This document shows positions 8,869 to 19,175 of a stretch of DNA of 64,000 nucleotides, one piece after another (the first letter of the stretch is position 1; every line of letters begins with the position of its first letter). Position numbers and translations under genes: made by a program. Source of the DNA: an uncultured bacterium (GTDB lineage Bacteria > Verrucomicrobiota > Verrucomicrobiia > Verrucomicrobiales > DEV007). The stretch is taken from contig CAXBMO010000004.1 of assembly GCA_963977015.1 (NCBI GenBank), positions 32,001 to 96,000 on the forward strand, in the 5' to 3' direction. A model generated the notes under the pieces. The model did not search any database. It was not told the origin of the DNA and was given only the letters and a program-made list of their open reading frames with translations.

Positions 8869-11800
8869 TCCTTCGTAATCACCTCATCAAGGTTCAAGAG
8901 CACGTTCGCAAACGCAGTGTGCGCGGCAAGTTCAACGGCATCGACATCTTTGGGAACAGGAGTCGTTCCAATCGCAATGAGCTTGGTGGCAGCTTCCGGA
9001 GAAGCTTGAAATTCTTTGCGATATTCATCGAGAGCACTCTGCAGAACCTTCAGTTCACGGTCTGTCGGAACGCGAGCGGCAACGGTCTTAAAACCATCCA
9101 ATACCGGAGACTCGCTCTCCAGCAACTGCGTCGCGAGATGCCGGGCGGATTCGACGAACGCGGTTTCGTTTAAGAGGGTTAGGGCCTGGAGCGGTGTGTT
9201 GGTTCGCTTCGCCCCAACCCAACACGCTTCGCGATCTGCCGCATCAAGAATCGCCATGCTTGGCGGCGCGACGGTGCGCTTCCAAATCGTGTAGAGGCTG
9301 CGTCGAAACAGGTCATCACCTTTCGATTGCTTGTACTTCATGCCCATGCTCATCTCCGCCCAAAGATTCGCGGGCTGATAGGGACTAACAGATGGACCTC
9401 CGACTCTCTCGACGAGCAATCCACCAGCAAACAGCGCCTGATCACGAATCGCGTGAGCCGGGAGGCGCATCCGGGTATTGCGCGCGAGGAGACGATTCTC
9501 CGGATCACGCTCCAACAACTCCGGCGTGATGACCGAGCTTTGACGGTAGGTCGCGCTCATCACAATCTGCTTCTGCATCGCCTTCACATTCCAACCGGAC
9601 TCGGTCAACTCCACAGCAAGCCAATCCAACAATTCCGGATGGGACGGAAGCTCGCCCTGCATCCCAAAATCTTCCGACGTTTTGACGAGACCGGTTCCGA
9701 AATACCGCTGCCACCAACGATTCACGGTGACACGAGGCGTTAGCGGGTTCTTGCCATCGACGAGCCACTTCGCGAATCCAAGTCGGTTCCGTGGATAGGA
9801 ACTCGGCATTTGAGGAAGTTCAGCCGGCACATTGCGCTGAACCAATTCACCCATTTGATCATAGACCCCGCGAACACGCACATAGGTTGATTTTGGCTTG
9901 GGAAGCTCCTGCATCACCATGGTGGTGGGCAGGGTATCGAAGTAGTTCTGCCGATCGACCCTTGCCTTCATCCAAGCATCATAGACGTCCTTCATCTTGT
10001 GCTCGCGAAAGTAAACGGAGATCACATCGTGTTTCTCAGGAAGCAGGGAAGCCAGCTTCGCTTCCTCCGGCCACAACGTGCGATCGTAATACCGAAACTC
10101 ATCAATCGCGCCGCGAAAGTTGGGTCCATGGATTCCGCCACCGAGTCGAAACGCGTCATTCTCCCCCACCCCGCCGACGTTGCTGTTGGTATTGTAAATC
10201 ACCTCCACCTCAGCCAGTTCACCATTCAGGTAAATTTTCTGACCGTTCGCACTTTGGCTCCCGTCGTTTGTCAGCGTGACGTGAACCCATTCGCCTGCCT
10301 GGAGCTTTGCTTCGGTTTCCACGACGCCGGCACCCGCGACCCAACGTGAGATCAGGAGAAACCGCAGCTTTCCGTCCTCGATTTCAAGTGCGACGCCCGG
10401 CCGGGTCGTTCCCCCTTTTTGCCGTGAGAGAATCACGCCCTCCTTGACCTCGTCCGGACGGAGCCAAAACCCGATCGAGAAACGATCGTTGGCCCGAAAC
10501 CGTCCGAACTTTCCAATCTGGAGAACGCTCTCGCCATCAAAGATGGCAGCCTTCCCCTGCAAGCCCGGCTCAAATTTCGCCTTCCCTTCCAACATCTTCA
10601 TTCCCTCGGTTGCGTCCTCCAACGGCAGATAATGAAGCAAGCCATAACTCGCGATCGGCTGATCCAAGACCGCGTTCCCGGCCGAAATCCGCTTTTGCCA
10701 TTCCCGGAACCCCGATTTCGCGATCCCGCTCTCGAACCCGGCTTCCAAAGTCGCGATTCGCGCATCCATCGCCTCCAACTTCGCAACCTGGTCCGGCAAC
10801 GGAGCCGTTACATAGGGCTCGGAGTTCCCATACTTAATCGCGCGGCCCGCTTCGGGCGTTGAATTGAAGAACGCGATGAGCTGGTAATAGTCCTTCTGAC
10901 TGATCGGGTCATACTTGTGGTCGTGACACCGCGCGCAGCCCATCGTCAGTCCGAGAAAAATGGTCGATGCGGTATCGACCCGATCGACCGCGTTTTCGAG
11001 CAAAAATTCCTCAACCACCGATCCCGCTTCCGAATTGTAGCGATGGTTCCGGTTGAACCCCGTCGCAATACTCTGTTCAAGAGTCGCGTTTGGCAATAAA
11101 TCGCCCGCCAACTGCTCGATCGCGAATTGATCGAACGGCAGGTTGTCGTTGTAGGCCTTGATCACCCAATCGCGCCAGCGCCACATCGAGCGCGGCCCAT
11201 CGAACTGATATCCGTCAGTGTCGGCAAAGCGGGACGCATCGAGCCACGGCAACGTCATCGTCTCACCATAACGCGGCGATGCCAGCAAGCGATCGACCAC
11301 CTTTTCATACGCGTTCGGCGATTCGTCCGCCAAATAGGCATCGACCTCTTCCGGCGTTGGCGGAACGCCCGTCAAATCCAGCGTCACCCGGCGAATCTGC
11401 GTCGTTTTCGGTGCTTCCGGGGACGGCTCCAGCCCTTCAGATTCCAGCTTGGCCTGAACAAACGCATCGATTCCGTTGCGAGCCCAGCCCGACTGATTCG
11501 TGGCCGGCAGCTCCGACCGCTGGGGCGGGATGAACGCCCAGTGCTGTTCCCACTCCGCGCCTTCTTCGACCCAACGCTTCAGCAATTGCTTCTCCTTCTC
11601 GCTAAGCGGACGCTTCAACTTCGCCGGCGGCATCTGCTCGATCGGGTCCTCGTGAAAAATCCGATAGATCGCCTCACTATTCGCCACATCGCCGGGCACA
11701 AACGCGATCACGCCATCATGGTTCGCCTTCGCCGCGTCCTCCTTGTCGAGCCGCAACCCAGCCTCTCGCGTTGCCGAATCCGGCCCATGACAGTGAAAGC

Positions 11801-11915
11801 ACTTGTCCGAGAGAATCGGGCGGATATCGCGATTGAATTGGATCTCCTGGGGCTCGGCGGCAACACTCAGGCTGATCGAAGCCAGGAGCAGGGGGATTTG
11901 GGGAACACGAAACAT
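8865..11915 (-). CDS. Planctomycete cytochrome c + DUF1549 + LamG + DUF1553 (PSD1) protein
   Basis: FNRDIRPILSDKCFHCHGPD, HWAF, CARCHDHKYDP, LamG-like insert, PSHPELLDWLA, TNTPLQAL; ATG 11915 precedes a signal peptide. Confidence 0.93.
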   Translation of the reverse strand: MFRVPQIPLLLASISLSVAAEPQEIQFNRDIRPILSDKCFHCHGPDSATREAGLRLDKEDAAKANHDGVIAFVPGDVANSEAIYRIFHEDPIEQMPPAKLKRPLSEKEKQLLKRWVEEGAEWEQHWAFIPPQRSELPATNQSGWARNGIDAFVQAKLESEGLEPSPEAPKTTQIRRVTLDLTGVPPTPEEVDAYLADESPNAYEKVVDRLLASPRYGETMTLPWLDASRFADTDGYQFDGPRSMWRWRDWVIKAYNDNLPFDQFAIEQLAGDLLPNATLEQSIATGFNRNHRYNSEAGSVVEEFLLENAVDRVDTASTIFLGLTMGCARCHDHKYDPISQKDYYQLIAFFNSTPEAGRAIKYGNSEPYVTAPLPDQVAKLEAMDARIATLEAGFESGIAKSGFREWQKRISAGNAVLDQPIASYGLLHYLPLEDATEGMKMLEGKAKFEPGLQGKAAIFDGESVLQIGKFGRFRANDRFSIGFWLRPDEVKEGVILSRQKGGTTRPGVALEIEDGKLRFLLISRWVAGAGVVETEAKLQAGEWVHVTLTNDGSQSANGQKIYLNGELAEVEVIYNTNSNVGGVGENDAFRLGGGIHGPNFRGAIDEFRYYDRTLWPEEAKLASLLPEKHDVISVYFREHKMKDVYDAWMKARVDRQNYFDTLPTTMVMQELPKPKSTYVRVRGVYDQMGELVQRNVPAELPQMPSSYPRNRLGFAKWLVDGKNPLTPRVTVNRWWQRYFGTGLVKTSEDFGMQGELPSHPELLDWLAVELTESGWNVKAMQKQIVMSATYRQSSVITPELLERDPENRLLARNTRMRLPAHAIRDQALFAGGLLVERVGGPSVSPYQPANLWAEMSMGMKYKQSKGDDLFRRSLYTIWKRTVAPPSMAILDAADREACWVGAKRTNTPLQALTLLNETAFVESARHLATQLLESESPVLDGFKTVAARVPTDRELKVLQSALDEYRKEFQASPEAATKLIAIGTTPVPKDVDAVELAAHTAFANVLLNLDEVITKE

Positions 11916-12069
11916 CAGAATCGACAAAATAAGCCGGATTGCAGTGGGGTTGGATAGAACACTGTCAGAAATGGCGATCTCCTTCCAGAAAACTTGGTCG
12001 ACAAAAATTCGGCCCAACCCTCATTTCCTGAACTTCGTGAACAAAACCCAAGCTGAGCGTCGTGAGTAG

Positions 12070-13644
12070 ATGGTGATGCAGAATCCCCTTTCATTTCTCC
12101 TGACGGCTTGGCTCCTGGTTGGCCTTGTGTCTCCGCTCCTTGCGCTTGAGCCCGCCTCCCATTTCAGCGATCACATGGTGCTGCAACGCGGAATGAAGGT
12201 TCCTGTTTGGGGAACGGCAGCCGCGGGAAGTGAAGTGACGGTCACGTTCGCTGGTAAGTCGGCAATGGGAACCGCGGACGCGGACGGAACGTGGCGCGTC
12301 GCGTTGCCGGCTTTGGAGGCATCCGCTGAAGGTCGCCCCATGACGATCGCGGGCGGCGGCAAAGAGGTGACGATCGCTGATGTGCTGGTTGGCGATGTCT
12401 GGCTCGGCTCCGGTCAGTCCAACATGGCGGGAAGAGTCTCGAGTTACGCGAAGAATGATGAGACCCTGGCGAAGTTGGTGGAGCAGGCGCCCTACCCTTC
12501 CATCCGTCTCATGAACGGCGGGCCGAAACCGATCTGGAAGTTGGCGGCACCCGAGAATGTGAAGGCGTTTTCCGCGATCCTTTTTGCCTTTGGCGAGCGC
12601 CTCCACCGCGATCTCGACGTGCCGATCGGGATGATTGTCGGTGCGGTTGGCGGGACGCCTTCCGGTTACTGGATTCCGGCTGAGATTTATGAGTCGAGCG
12701 AGAAAGCCAAGGCGGAGGTTGCCGGGTTCGCCAAGACCTGGGACGCCGACAAAGCGATGAAACAGCATGAGGCTCGGGTCGCGATTTGGGAGGAGCAGGC
12801 CGCAAAGGCAACCGCAGCCGGCGAGAAACCTCGCGGTCGGAAACCGACTCCTCCAGTCGATCCCGGAGCGTCGATTCGAGGAGGACAGATTGGCGGGTTG
12901 TTCGACAAATTCATCCGCTCATCCATCGGCTACGGAATCAAGGGCGTGCTCTGGGATCAGGGCGAAGCGGGGTCCGGAATCCTCGGGCTCGATCAACATA
13001 CGAGCATGTCTGAATTGATTCGCGGCTGGCGTGAGCTTTGGGGGCAGGGCGACTTTCCCTTTCTCTTCGTGCAGAAGCCGAGCGGCCTTGGCAACGCGTT
13101 TTCCAACGAGGATCCGATCACGCGCGAGGCCAACGCCTTCAAATCTCAGCCTCCCAGCCCTCCCAATGGAAACGGCGCGGGTCGCTATCTCTACACTCGC
13201 CTCATGCTCGACAACGAAAACGCCTGGATGGTTCCCGCGATCGATCTGGGCCCGTCCATTCATCCGATCAACAAATGGGGCTACGGAAATCGCGCCGCCG
13301 AAGTCGCGATGCAGATGGTTTACAAGCTGGACGGAGTTCAGGCTTACGGCCCGATCTATGAGTCGCACAGCATCGAAGGCAGCACCGTCACGGTCCAATT
13401 CACCCAGGCCGGACAAGGTCTGACCACGCGACACAGCGACACGTTGCAAGGGTTCACCGTGGCAGGAAGCAATGGGGTCTGGCATTGGGCGACCGCAACC
13501 ATCACCGGCCCCAACACCGTCTCCCTGACGAGCGAAGCGGTTCCCGCACCGACTCAGGTTCGCTTCGCCTATTCGCAGGACCGCACCTGGGCCAACCTCT
13601 TCAACAAGGAAGGTTTGCCCGCGCTGGCGTTCACGACCGAATGA
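12070..13644 (+). CDS. Sialate O-acetylesterase-like (SASA/SGNH) carbohydrate esterase
   Basis: FSDHMVLQR, VGDVWLGSGQSNM, WDQGE, IHPINK, NLFNKEGLPA; signal peptide. Confidence 0.88.
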   Translation: MVMQNPLSFLLTAWLLVGLVSPLLALEPASHFSDHMVLQRGMKVPVWGTAAAGSEVTVTFAGKSAMGTADADGTWRVALPALEASAEGRPMTIAGGGKEVTIADVLVGDVWLGSGQSNMAGRVSSYAKNDETLAKLVEQAPYPSIRLMNGGPKPIWKLAAPENVKAFSAILFAFGERLHRDLDVPIGMIVGAVGGTPSGYWIPAEIYESSEKAKAEVAGFAKTWDADKAMKQHEARVAIWEEQAAKATAAGEKPRGRKPTPPVDPGASIRGGQIGGLFDKFIRSSIGYGIKGVLWDQGEAGSGILGLDQHTSMSELIRGWRELWGQGDFPFLFVQKPSGLGNAFSNEDPITREANAFKSQPPSPPNGNGAGRYLYTRLMLDNENAWMVPAIDLGPSIHPINKWGYGNRAAEVAMQMVYKLDGVQAYGPIYESHSIEGSTVTVQFTQAGQGLTTRHSDTLQGFTVAGSNGVWHWATATITGPNTVSLTSEAVPAPTQVRFAYSQDRTWANLFNKEGLPALAFTTE

Positions 13645-13694
13645 CGGATTGAAATACCGTGAGCGGGTTCAGCGTGATACAGGAATAGCCTGTC

Positions 13695-16238
13695 ATGCCC
13701 CGCTCCGTTTCCACCCTCCAATGTTCAGCCATCGTTATCGCGGTGGTGATGTCGGGGACCTATCGCGGGTCTGCAGATTCGGCTGATATCGACTTTTTTG
13801 AGCGAAAGATTCGCCCGGTTCTTGTCGAGCAGTGTTACGATTGTCACTCGATTGGCGCAGAAACGATCAAAGCGGACTTTCTCCTCGATACGCGTGATGG
13901 AATTCGCAAAGGCGGTGTCAGCGGTCGCGATGCGGTGATTCCGGGCGACGTCGCAGGAAGTCAGTTGATTGAAGCGATTCGCTACCAGAATGAGGAGCTC
14001 CAGATGCCGCCGAACCATGCCTTGCCGGAATCGGTGGTCGCGGACTTCGAGGCATGGATTGCGATGGGTGCTCCCGATCCGCGAGATGGCGTTTCGAAAT
14101 TGCCGCGCGAGATCGCTGCCGAACATCATTGGGCCTGGAAACGGCCGGTGCGACATGATCGCCCTGACGTTGCCAACAAAGACTGGCCGCGAGACACCGT
14201 CGACCACTTCGTCCTCGCCAAACTTGAGGCGAATGCGATGGCGCCCAACCCGGACGCGGATCGCCGAACCCTGATTCGCCGCGCGACGCTGGAGCTGACC
14301 GGATTGCCGCCCCGCCCGGAAAACATCGCCGCATTCCTGGCGGACTCGCGACCGGATGCGGATGCGTTCGCCGAAGTCGTGGATCGGCTCCTCGCTTCAC
14401 CGGAATTTGGCGTCCGCTGGGCGCGCCATTGGCTCGACGTCGCGCGCTTTGGCGAGTCGAGCGGCTATTCGCGCAACATGCTCTATCCCTACGCCTGGCG
14501 CTATCGCAACTACGTCATCGACAGCTTCAATGCCGACAAACCGTTCGATCGCTTCATCCAGGAACAGATCGCGGGCGACCTTCTGCCGGACGCGACCGAC
14601 GAAACGCGCATCGGGACCGGCTTCCTCACCATCGGCGCCAAGACCTTCAATGAGGGCAACGAACTCCTCTTTCATCTTAACAGCGCCGATGACCAGATCG
14701 ACGTGACCTGTCGCGCCTTCCTTGCCCTCACCGCGAATTGTTCGCGCTGCCACGATCATAAATACGATCCCATTCCGACAAAGGACTATTACGCGATGGC
14801 GGGGATCTTTCTCTCGAGCCGCAATCTCGCCGGATCCGAAACCAATGTTCGCAACGAGCATTCTGAAGCCTTTCCTCTCGGCGAAAACGGCTGGAAGCAA
14901 TTGGACGACATCGCTGCCGCAAAAAAGAAAGCCGACAAAGAGCAAGCCTACTATATGGAGCTGGTGAAGATTCGGAATGATCTGCGCAAACCGCTCGTAG
15001 ATCAGGGAATCGACTGGAAGAAAGCTCCGACGCCCGAATTGGCGGATGCTGAAGCCAAGGTTCAGGCGCAACAGGCCGTGGTGAAGGAAACGAAAGCGGC
15101 GATTCCCGATCCACCCGATTTTGCCATGGCCGTGGTCGAAGGACTGACCGAAGCGGAAGCTGAAGGGTTCGCCAAGAAACTGGAAGAAGAAAAAGCGCTG
15201 ATCGCGGAATTGAAGAAAGCCAAAAAACCGGCGATCAACCCGACACCCAAACGGCCCACCATCCAGGATTCACCCGTCTATGACAAAGGGCTCTTCAACT
15301 CCCCGCTCGACCCGGTTACGCGCTCCGGACTCAGCCTGTTTGACTACGAAACTCCACCGATTGGTAAAACCGAAAGCGGCCGCAGGCAACTGGCCGACTG
15401 GGTTGTCGATTCCCGCAATCCGCTGACCGCCCGCGTTTTCGTCAATCGCGTTTGGCATCATCTCTTTGGCCGTGGCCTGGTCGAGACGGTGGACAATTTT
15501 GGCTTGCTCGGCAGCGCTCCCAGCCACCCGGAGTTGCTCGATGAGCTCGCGCTCGACTTCATGGAAAGCGGTTGGTCGGTTAAAGCGTTGATTCGTCGCC
15601 TCGTTTTGACTCGCACCTTCGCGCAAAGCTCAACCTACCATTCGCAATATGCCGCGACTGATCCTGACAACACCATGCTCTGGCGATTTGCCCCTCAACT
15701 TCTGGAAGGCGAAGTCATTCGCGACAGCATCCTTGCGGTCAGTGATCATCTCGATCGCGCTCGTCCCGACGGCTCCCAGGTTCTCGAGATCAGCAAGCAA
15801 CAGGTTCTCGGTCGCCAGCGCGAGATTGGACGGCGCGACTACTACCAGAAAGACGTGGATTGGAACATTCCACATCGCAGCATTTATCTACCGATGGCGC
15901 GCGGCGTTCTCCCTGACATGCTGGCCACGTTCGACGCTCCCGATCCCAACCTGGTCGTCGGCGCCCGCAAACTGACCATCGTGCCGACTCAGGCCCTTTA
16001 CCTCATGAACAGCGAGATGGTGTTGGAGCAATCAACCCTCACCGCCAAGCGCGTCATCGCGCATTCCCAAGACCGCCGAATCGACTTCGCCTACGAGCTG
16101 ATTCTTGGTCGGTCGCCACTCGAATCCGAACGCCAAACTGCAGCGACCTTCCTGCAATCCAACGGTCACTCTGAGCAAACCTGGACGCGGCTCTGCCAGG
16201 CGTTGATGTGCTCGGGCGAGTTTCGAACAGTTTACTGA
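13695..16238 (+). CDS. Planctomycete cytochrome c + DUF1549 + DUF1553 (PSD1) protein
   Basis: FFERKIRPVLVEQCYDCH, RWARHWLDVAR, CSRCHDHKYDPI, NPLTARVFVNRVW, PSHPELLD, PTQALYLMN. Confidence 0.93.
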   Translation: MPRSVSTLQCSAIVIAVVMSGTYRGSADSADIDFFERKIRPVLVEQCYDCHSIGAETIKADFLLDTRDGIRKGGVSGRDAVIPGDVAGSQLIEAIRYQNEELQMPPNHALPESVVADFEAWIAMGAPDPRDGVSKLPREIAAEHHWAWKRPVRHDRPDVANKDWPRDTVDHFVLAKLEANAMAPNPDADRRTLIRRATLELTGLPPRPENIAAFLADSRPDADAFAEVVDRLLASPEFGVRWARHWLDVARFGESSGYSRNMLYPYAWRYRNYVIDSFNADKPFDRFIQEQIAGDLLPDATDETRIGTGFLTIGAKTFNEGNELLFHLNSADDQIDVTCRAFLALTANCSRCHDHKYDPIPTKDYYAMAGIFLSSRNLAGSETNVRNEHSEAFPLGENGWKQLDDIAAAKKKADKEQAYYMELVKIRNDLRKPLVDQGIDWKKAPTPELADAEAKVQAQQAVVKETKAAIPDPPDFAMAVVEGLTEAEAEGFAKKLEEEKALIAELKKAKKPAINPTPKRPTIQDSPVYDKGLFNSPLDPVTRSGLSLFDYETPPIGKTESGRRQLADWVVDSRNPLTARVFVNRVWHHLFGRGLVETVDNFGLLGSAPSHPELLDELALDFMESGWSVKALIRRLVLTRTFAQSSTYHSQYAATDPDNTMLWRFAPQLLEGEVIRDSILAVSDHLDRARPDGSQVLEISKQQVLGRQREIGRRDYYQKDVDWNIPHRSIYLPMARGVLPDMLATFDAPDPNLVVGARKLTIVPTQALYLMNSEMVLEQSTLTAKRVIAHSQDRRIDFAYELILGRSPLESERQTAATFLQSNGHSEQTWTRLCQALMCSGEFRTVY

Positions 16239-16290
16239 AGCCGGGTTTGTCGAAATTTCTCGCCGTCCGTCCCCGTGTAACAACTCAGGA

Positions 16291-17688
16291 ATGAATCCCA
16301 AGGCCCCCAGGCTGAATCGCCGCGAAGCCCTCCGCCAAGCCGGATGCGGATTTGGTTCACTCGCGTTGGCTGGATTGATGCAGCAATCCGGGTTTGCAGC
16401 GGCTGCCAATCCGCTCACTGCGAAAGCTCCGCATGATTCGCCCCGCGCCAAAAATGTGATCTTTCTATTCATGCGCGGCGGGCCGTCCCAGGTCGACACC
16501 TTCGACTACAAGCCGGAATTGACCAAGCGCCATGAAGAGGACCTCGGCGGCGGTCGGCGTTATTATCAATCGCCCTGGAAGTTCAAGCGCTATGGCGAAT
16601 GCGGACTCCCGGTTTCCGAACTTTTCGCCCACACCGCTCAACATGCGGACGATCTTTGTGTCATCAATTCGATGCACACGGACATCGGGAATCATCCGCA
16701 GGCGATTCTGCAGATGAACACGGGCAGCTTCCAGTTCGTGCGTCCATCCGTCGGTTCCTGGATCGTTCATGGATTGGGAACGGAGAATCAGAACCTACCC
16801 GGATTCCTCACCATCAATCCCGATTTTTCAGCGGGTGGCGCTCGCAAATACGGCTGCGCCTTTCTCCCCTCGGCGACGGCGGGAACCGCGATTGCCCCCT
16901 ACGGCGGAGGCGACTCCTCGATTCTCCCGGCTCGGCTCAAAGACTTCCAGATTCCCCATACCGAGAACGCGGCTTACGATCGGCGGCAGCAACGCGAACA
17001 GCTCGATTTCCTGCAATCGCTGAATCGGCAACGCCTGGAACGCGATCAGGCCAACCCCAACCTTGAAGGCATTATCCAGTCCTTCGAAACGGCGTTTCGG
17101 ATGCAGACGGATTTACCGGAATTGCTCGATACCGAGAACGAACCGGCCCACGTCCACAAACGCTACGGGATCAACGTCGAACCGACCGACAACTTTGGGC
17201 GCGCCTGCCTGATTGCGCGACGTGCGGTGGAATCCGGCGTTCGCTTTGTGCAATTGAATCTCGGTTTCTGGGATCAACACACCAAAATCGAGGAAGGCCA
17301 TCCCAAGCTGGCAAGCCAATCGGATTTGCCAATCGCAGGTTTGCTCACCGATTTGAAGGAACGCGGCTTGTTCGACGAAACGCTCGTGGTTTGGACCGGT
17401 GAATTCGGTCGCCCGCCGATCTACAACAAGAACAACGGCCGCGATCACAACAACCTGGGATTCACCACCTGGCTCGCCGGTGGCGGCACCAAGGGCGGCC
17501 TCCGTTACGGCCAAACCGATGAGTTAGGCTACAAGGCCGTCGAGCAGAAGGTGCATCTCCACGACCTGCACGCCACCATGCTCCACACCCTCGGCCTCGA
17601 TCACGAACGCCTCACGTTTCGCTACGGAGGACGTGATTTCCGGTTAACGGATGTTCATGGGCGGGTGGTGACGGATCTATTGGCCTAA
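16291..17688 (+). CDS. DUF1501 family protein, Tat-type signal
   Basis: NRREAL..GCGFG, AKNVIFLFMRGGPSQVDTFDYKP, WTGEFGR, GRDHN, RDFRLTDVHG. Confidence 0.93.
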   Translation: MNPKAPRLNRREALRQAGCGFGSLALAGLMQQSGFAAAANPLTAKAPHDSPRAKNVIFLFMRGGPSQVDTFDYKPELTKRHEEDLGGGRRYYQSPWKFKRYGECGLPVSELFAHTAQHADDLCVINSMHTDIGNHPQAILQMNTGSFQFVRPSVGSWIVHGLGTENQNLPGFLTINPDFSAGGARKYGCAFLPSATAGTAIAPYGGGDSSILPARLKDFQIPHTENAAYDRRQQREQLDFLQSLNRQRLERDQANPNLEGIIQSFETAFRMQTDLPELLDTENEPAHVHKRYGINVEPTDNFGRACLIARRAVESGVRFVQLNLGFWDQHTKIEEGHPKLASQSDLPIAGLLTDLKERGLFDETLVVWTGEFGRPPIYNKNNGRDHNNLGFTTWLAGGGTKGGLRYGQTDELGYKAVEQKVHLHDLHATMLHTLGLDHERLTFRYGGRDFRLTDVHGRVVTDLLA

Positions 17689-18173
17689 CAAGAAGTCGGC
17701 ACCTTCTGTGCCAGCTTCACGGAATGGGGGATCGCGCCGTCGACGAAGCCGAGGCATTCGACGGCTCCGCTTGGCTTGCCGGGGAGGGCGATGACGAGGG
17801 CGGTTTCGACGATGGCGGCGAGGCTACGGGAGAGAATCCCGTTCGGCGTGATGTCGAAGGAGCGCATTCGCATCAATTCGCCGAACCCGGGGATCTCGAC
17901 CCGCATGATGCCGCGAATCGCTTCCGGAGTGACGTCGCGTTCGGCGATTCCGGTTCCACCCGTCGTGAGAATGAGCCCACAACCTTGATCGCTAAAGGAG
18001 CGGATCGTCTGCTGGATCTTGGGAAGGTCGTCTGGCACGATCGCTTCGGCCAAAACCGACCAACCACGCTTCTCCGCTTCCGCTCGCAAGGCCGGGCCGC
18101 CGTGGTCTTCGTATTCGCCCGCGCTCGCGCGATCTGAAACGGTGATGATGCCGACTTGGATGCTGTTGCTCAT
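17685..18173 (-). CDS. mogA: Molybdopterin adenylyltransferase (MogA/MoaB family)
   Basis: ITVSDRASAGEYED, TTGGTG..RDVTPEA, IPGFGE, LSR, LPGKP; follows moaC. Confidence 0.88.
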   Translation of the reverse strand: MSNSIQVGIITVSDRASAGEYEDHGGPALRAEAEKRGWSVLAEAIVPDDLPKIQQTIRSFSDQGCGLILTTGGTGIAERDVTPEAIRGIMRVEIPGFGELMRMRSFDITPNGILSRSLAAIVETALVIALPGKPSGAVECLGFVDGAIPHSVKLAQKVPTSC

Positions 18174-18178
18174 GGCCG

Positions 18179-18634
18179 TTAATCGAGCGTTTCCTTGGTT
18201 TTTTGCAAGAGGCGCACCTCGCCGATTTCCATGGATTTGTCGATCGCCTTGCACATGTCGTATATCGTAAGCGCGGCGAGGTTCACCGCAGTGAGGGCTT
18301 CCATTTCGACGCCGGTTTGCGCCTTGGTGCGAGCGGTTCCGCGAATTTCGACACCGTCATCAACCAACTCGAATTCGACCTCGACGTGACTGAGCGGAAG
18401 CTGATGACAGAGCGGTATGAGCTGCCAGGTCTGCTTGGCGGCTTGAATCCCGGCAATCCGCGCCACGGCGAGCACGTTGCCTTTGGCGATGTGGTCGCTC
18501 TTGATGGCTTCGAGCGTTTCCGGGCGAAGGCGGATCTTTCCGGCGGCGATCGCTTCGCGCTTGGAAACGGCTTTGTCCGAGACGTCGACCATCGCCGCGG
18601 CGCCTTCTTCGTTGATGTGAGTCAGTTTGGCCAT
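18179..18634 (-). CDS. moaC: Cyclic pyranopterin monophosphate synthase
   Basis: LTH...MVDVSDK, KGNVLAVARIAGIQAAK, LIPLCH, TGVEMEALT, TIYDMCKA. Confidence 0.96.
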   Translation of the reverse strand: MAKLTHINEEGAAAMVDVSDKAVSKREAIAAGKIRLRPETLEAIKSDHIAKGNVLAVARIAGIQAAKQTWQLIPLCHQLPLSHVEVEFELVDDGVEIRGTARTKAQTGVEMEALTAVNLAALTIYDMCKAIDKSMEIGEVRLLQKTKETLD

Positions 18635-18813
18635 GTAAGGGCTAGGGTGCGTTGAAAAAATGGGACGGTCGCGCAAAAAGTCCTTAAACCTTGGAAAAAT
18701 CGCTTCTCTTTTTTCAAACGCCCCCTCACAGGGAGCCAACGCGGCAGATTTCCAGCCCTCGCGAGAATCCAGATTTGGAATCTCTAGAAGATGTGGGATA
18801 TTTACCAATCCGA

Positions 18814-19173
18814 ATGAAAATCCTGGCAATCCTCCCTCTCGTCCTCGCAAGCCTCTTTCTCAGCAGTTGCTCGAGCCCTCAAACCCAAACCGGGCTCGCC
18901 AGTTGGTACAGTGTGAAGACGAATTACGGGCGGGAAACCGCCAGCGGAGAGCGGTTCCGGCAAATGGGAATGACCGCAGCGCACAAGACCCTGCCGTTCG
19001 ATACGCGGGTGAAAGTCACCAATCTGAACAATGGGAAATCGGTGAAAGTGCGGATCAACGATCGCGGTCCCTATGTCGAAGGACGCATCATTGACCTGAC
19101 GAAAGGAGCAAGTCGCCGGATCGGGATGACCAACGACGGCGTGGTTCCGGTGAAGATCGAGATTCTGAGGTAG
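18814..19173 (+). CDS. rlpA: Septal ring lytic transglycosylase RlpA-family lipoprotein (DPBB domain only)
   Basis: Lipobox LSSC, GLASWY, TASGE, TAAHKTLPF, VRINDRGPY..RIIDL. Confidence 0.88.
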   Translation: MKILAILPLVLASLFLSSCSSPQTQTGLASWYSVKTNYGRETASGERFRQMGMTAAHKTLPFDTRVKVTNLNNGKSVKVRINDRGPYVEGRIIDLTKGASRRIGMTNDGVVPVKIEILR

Positions 19174-19175
19174 GA

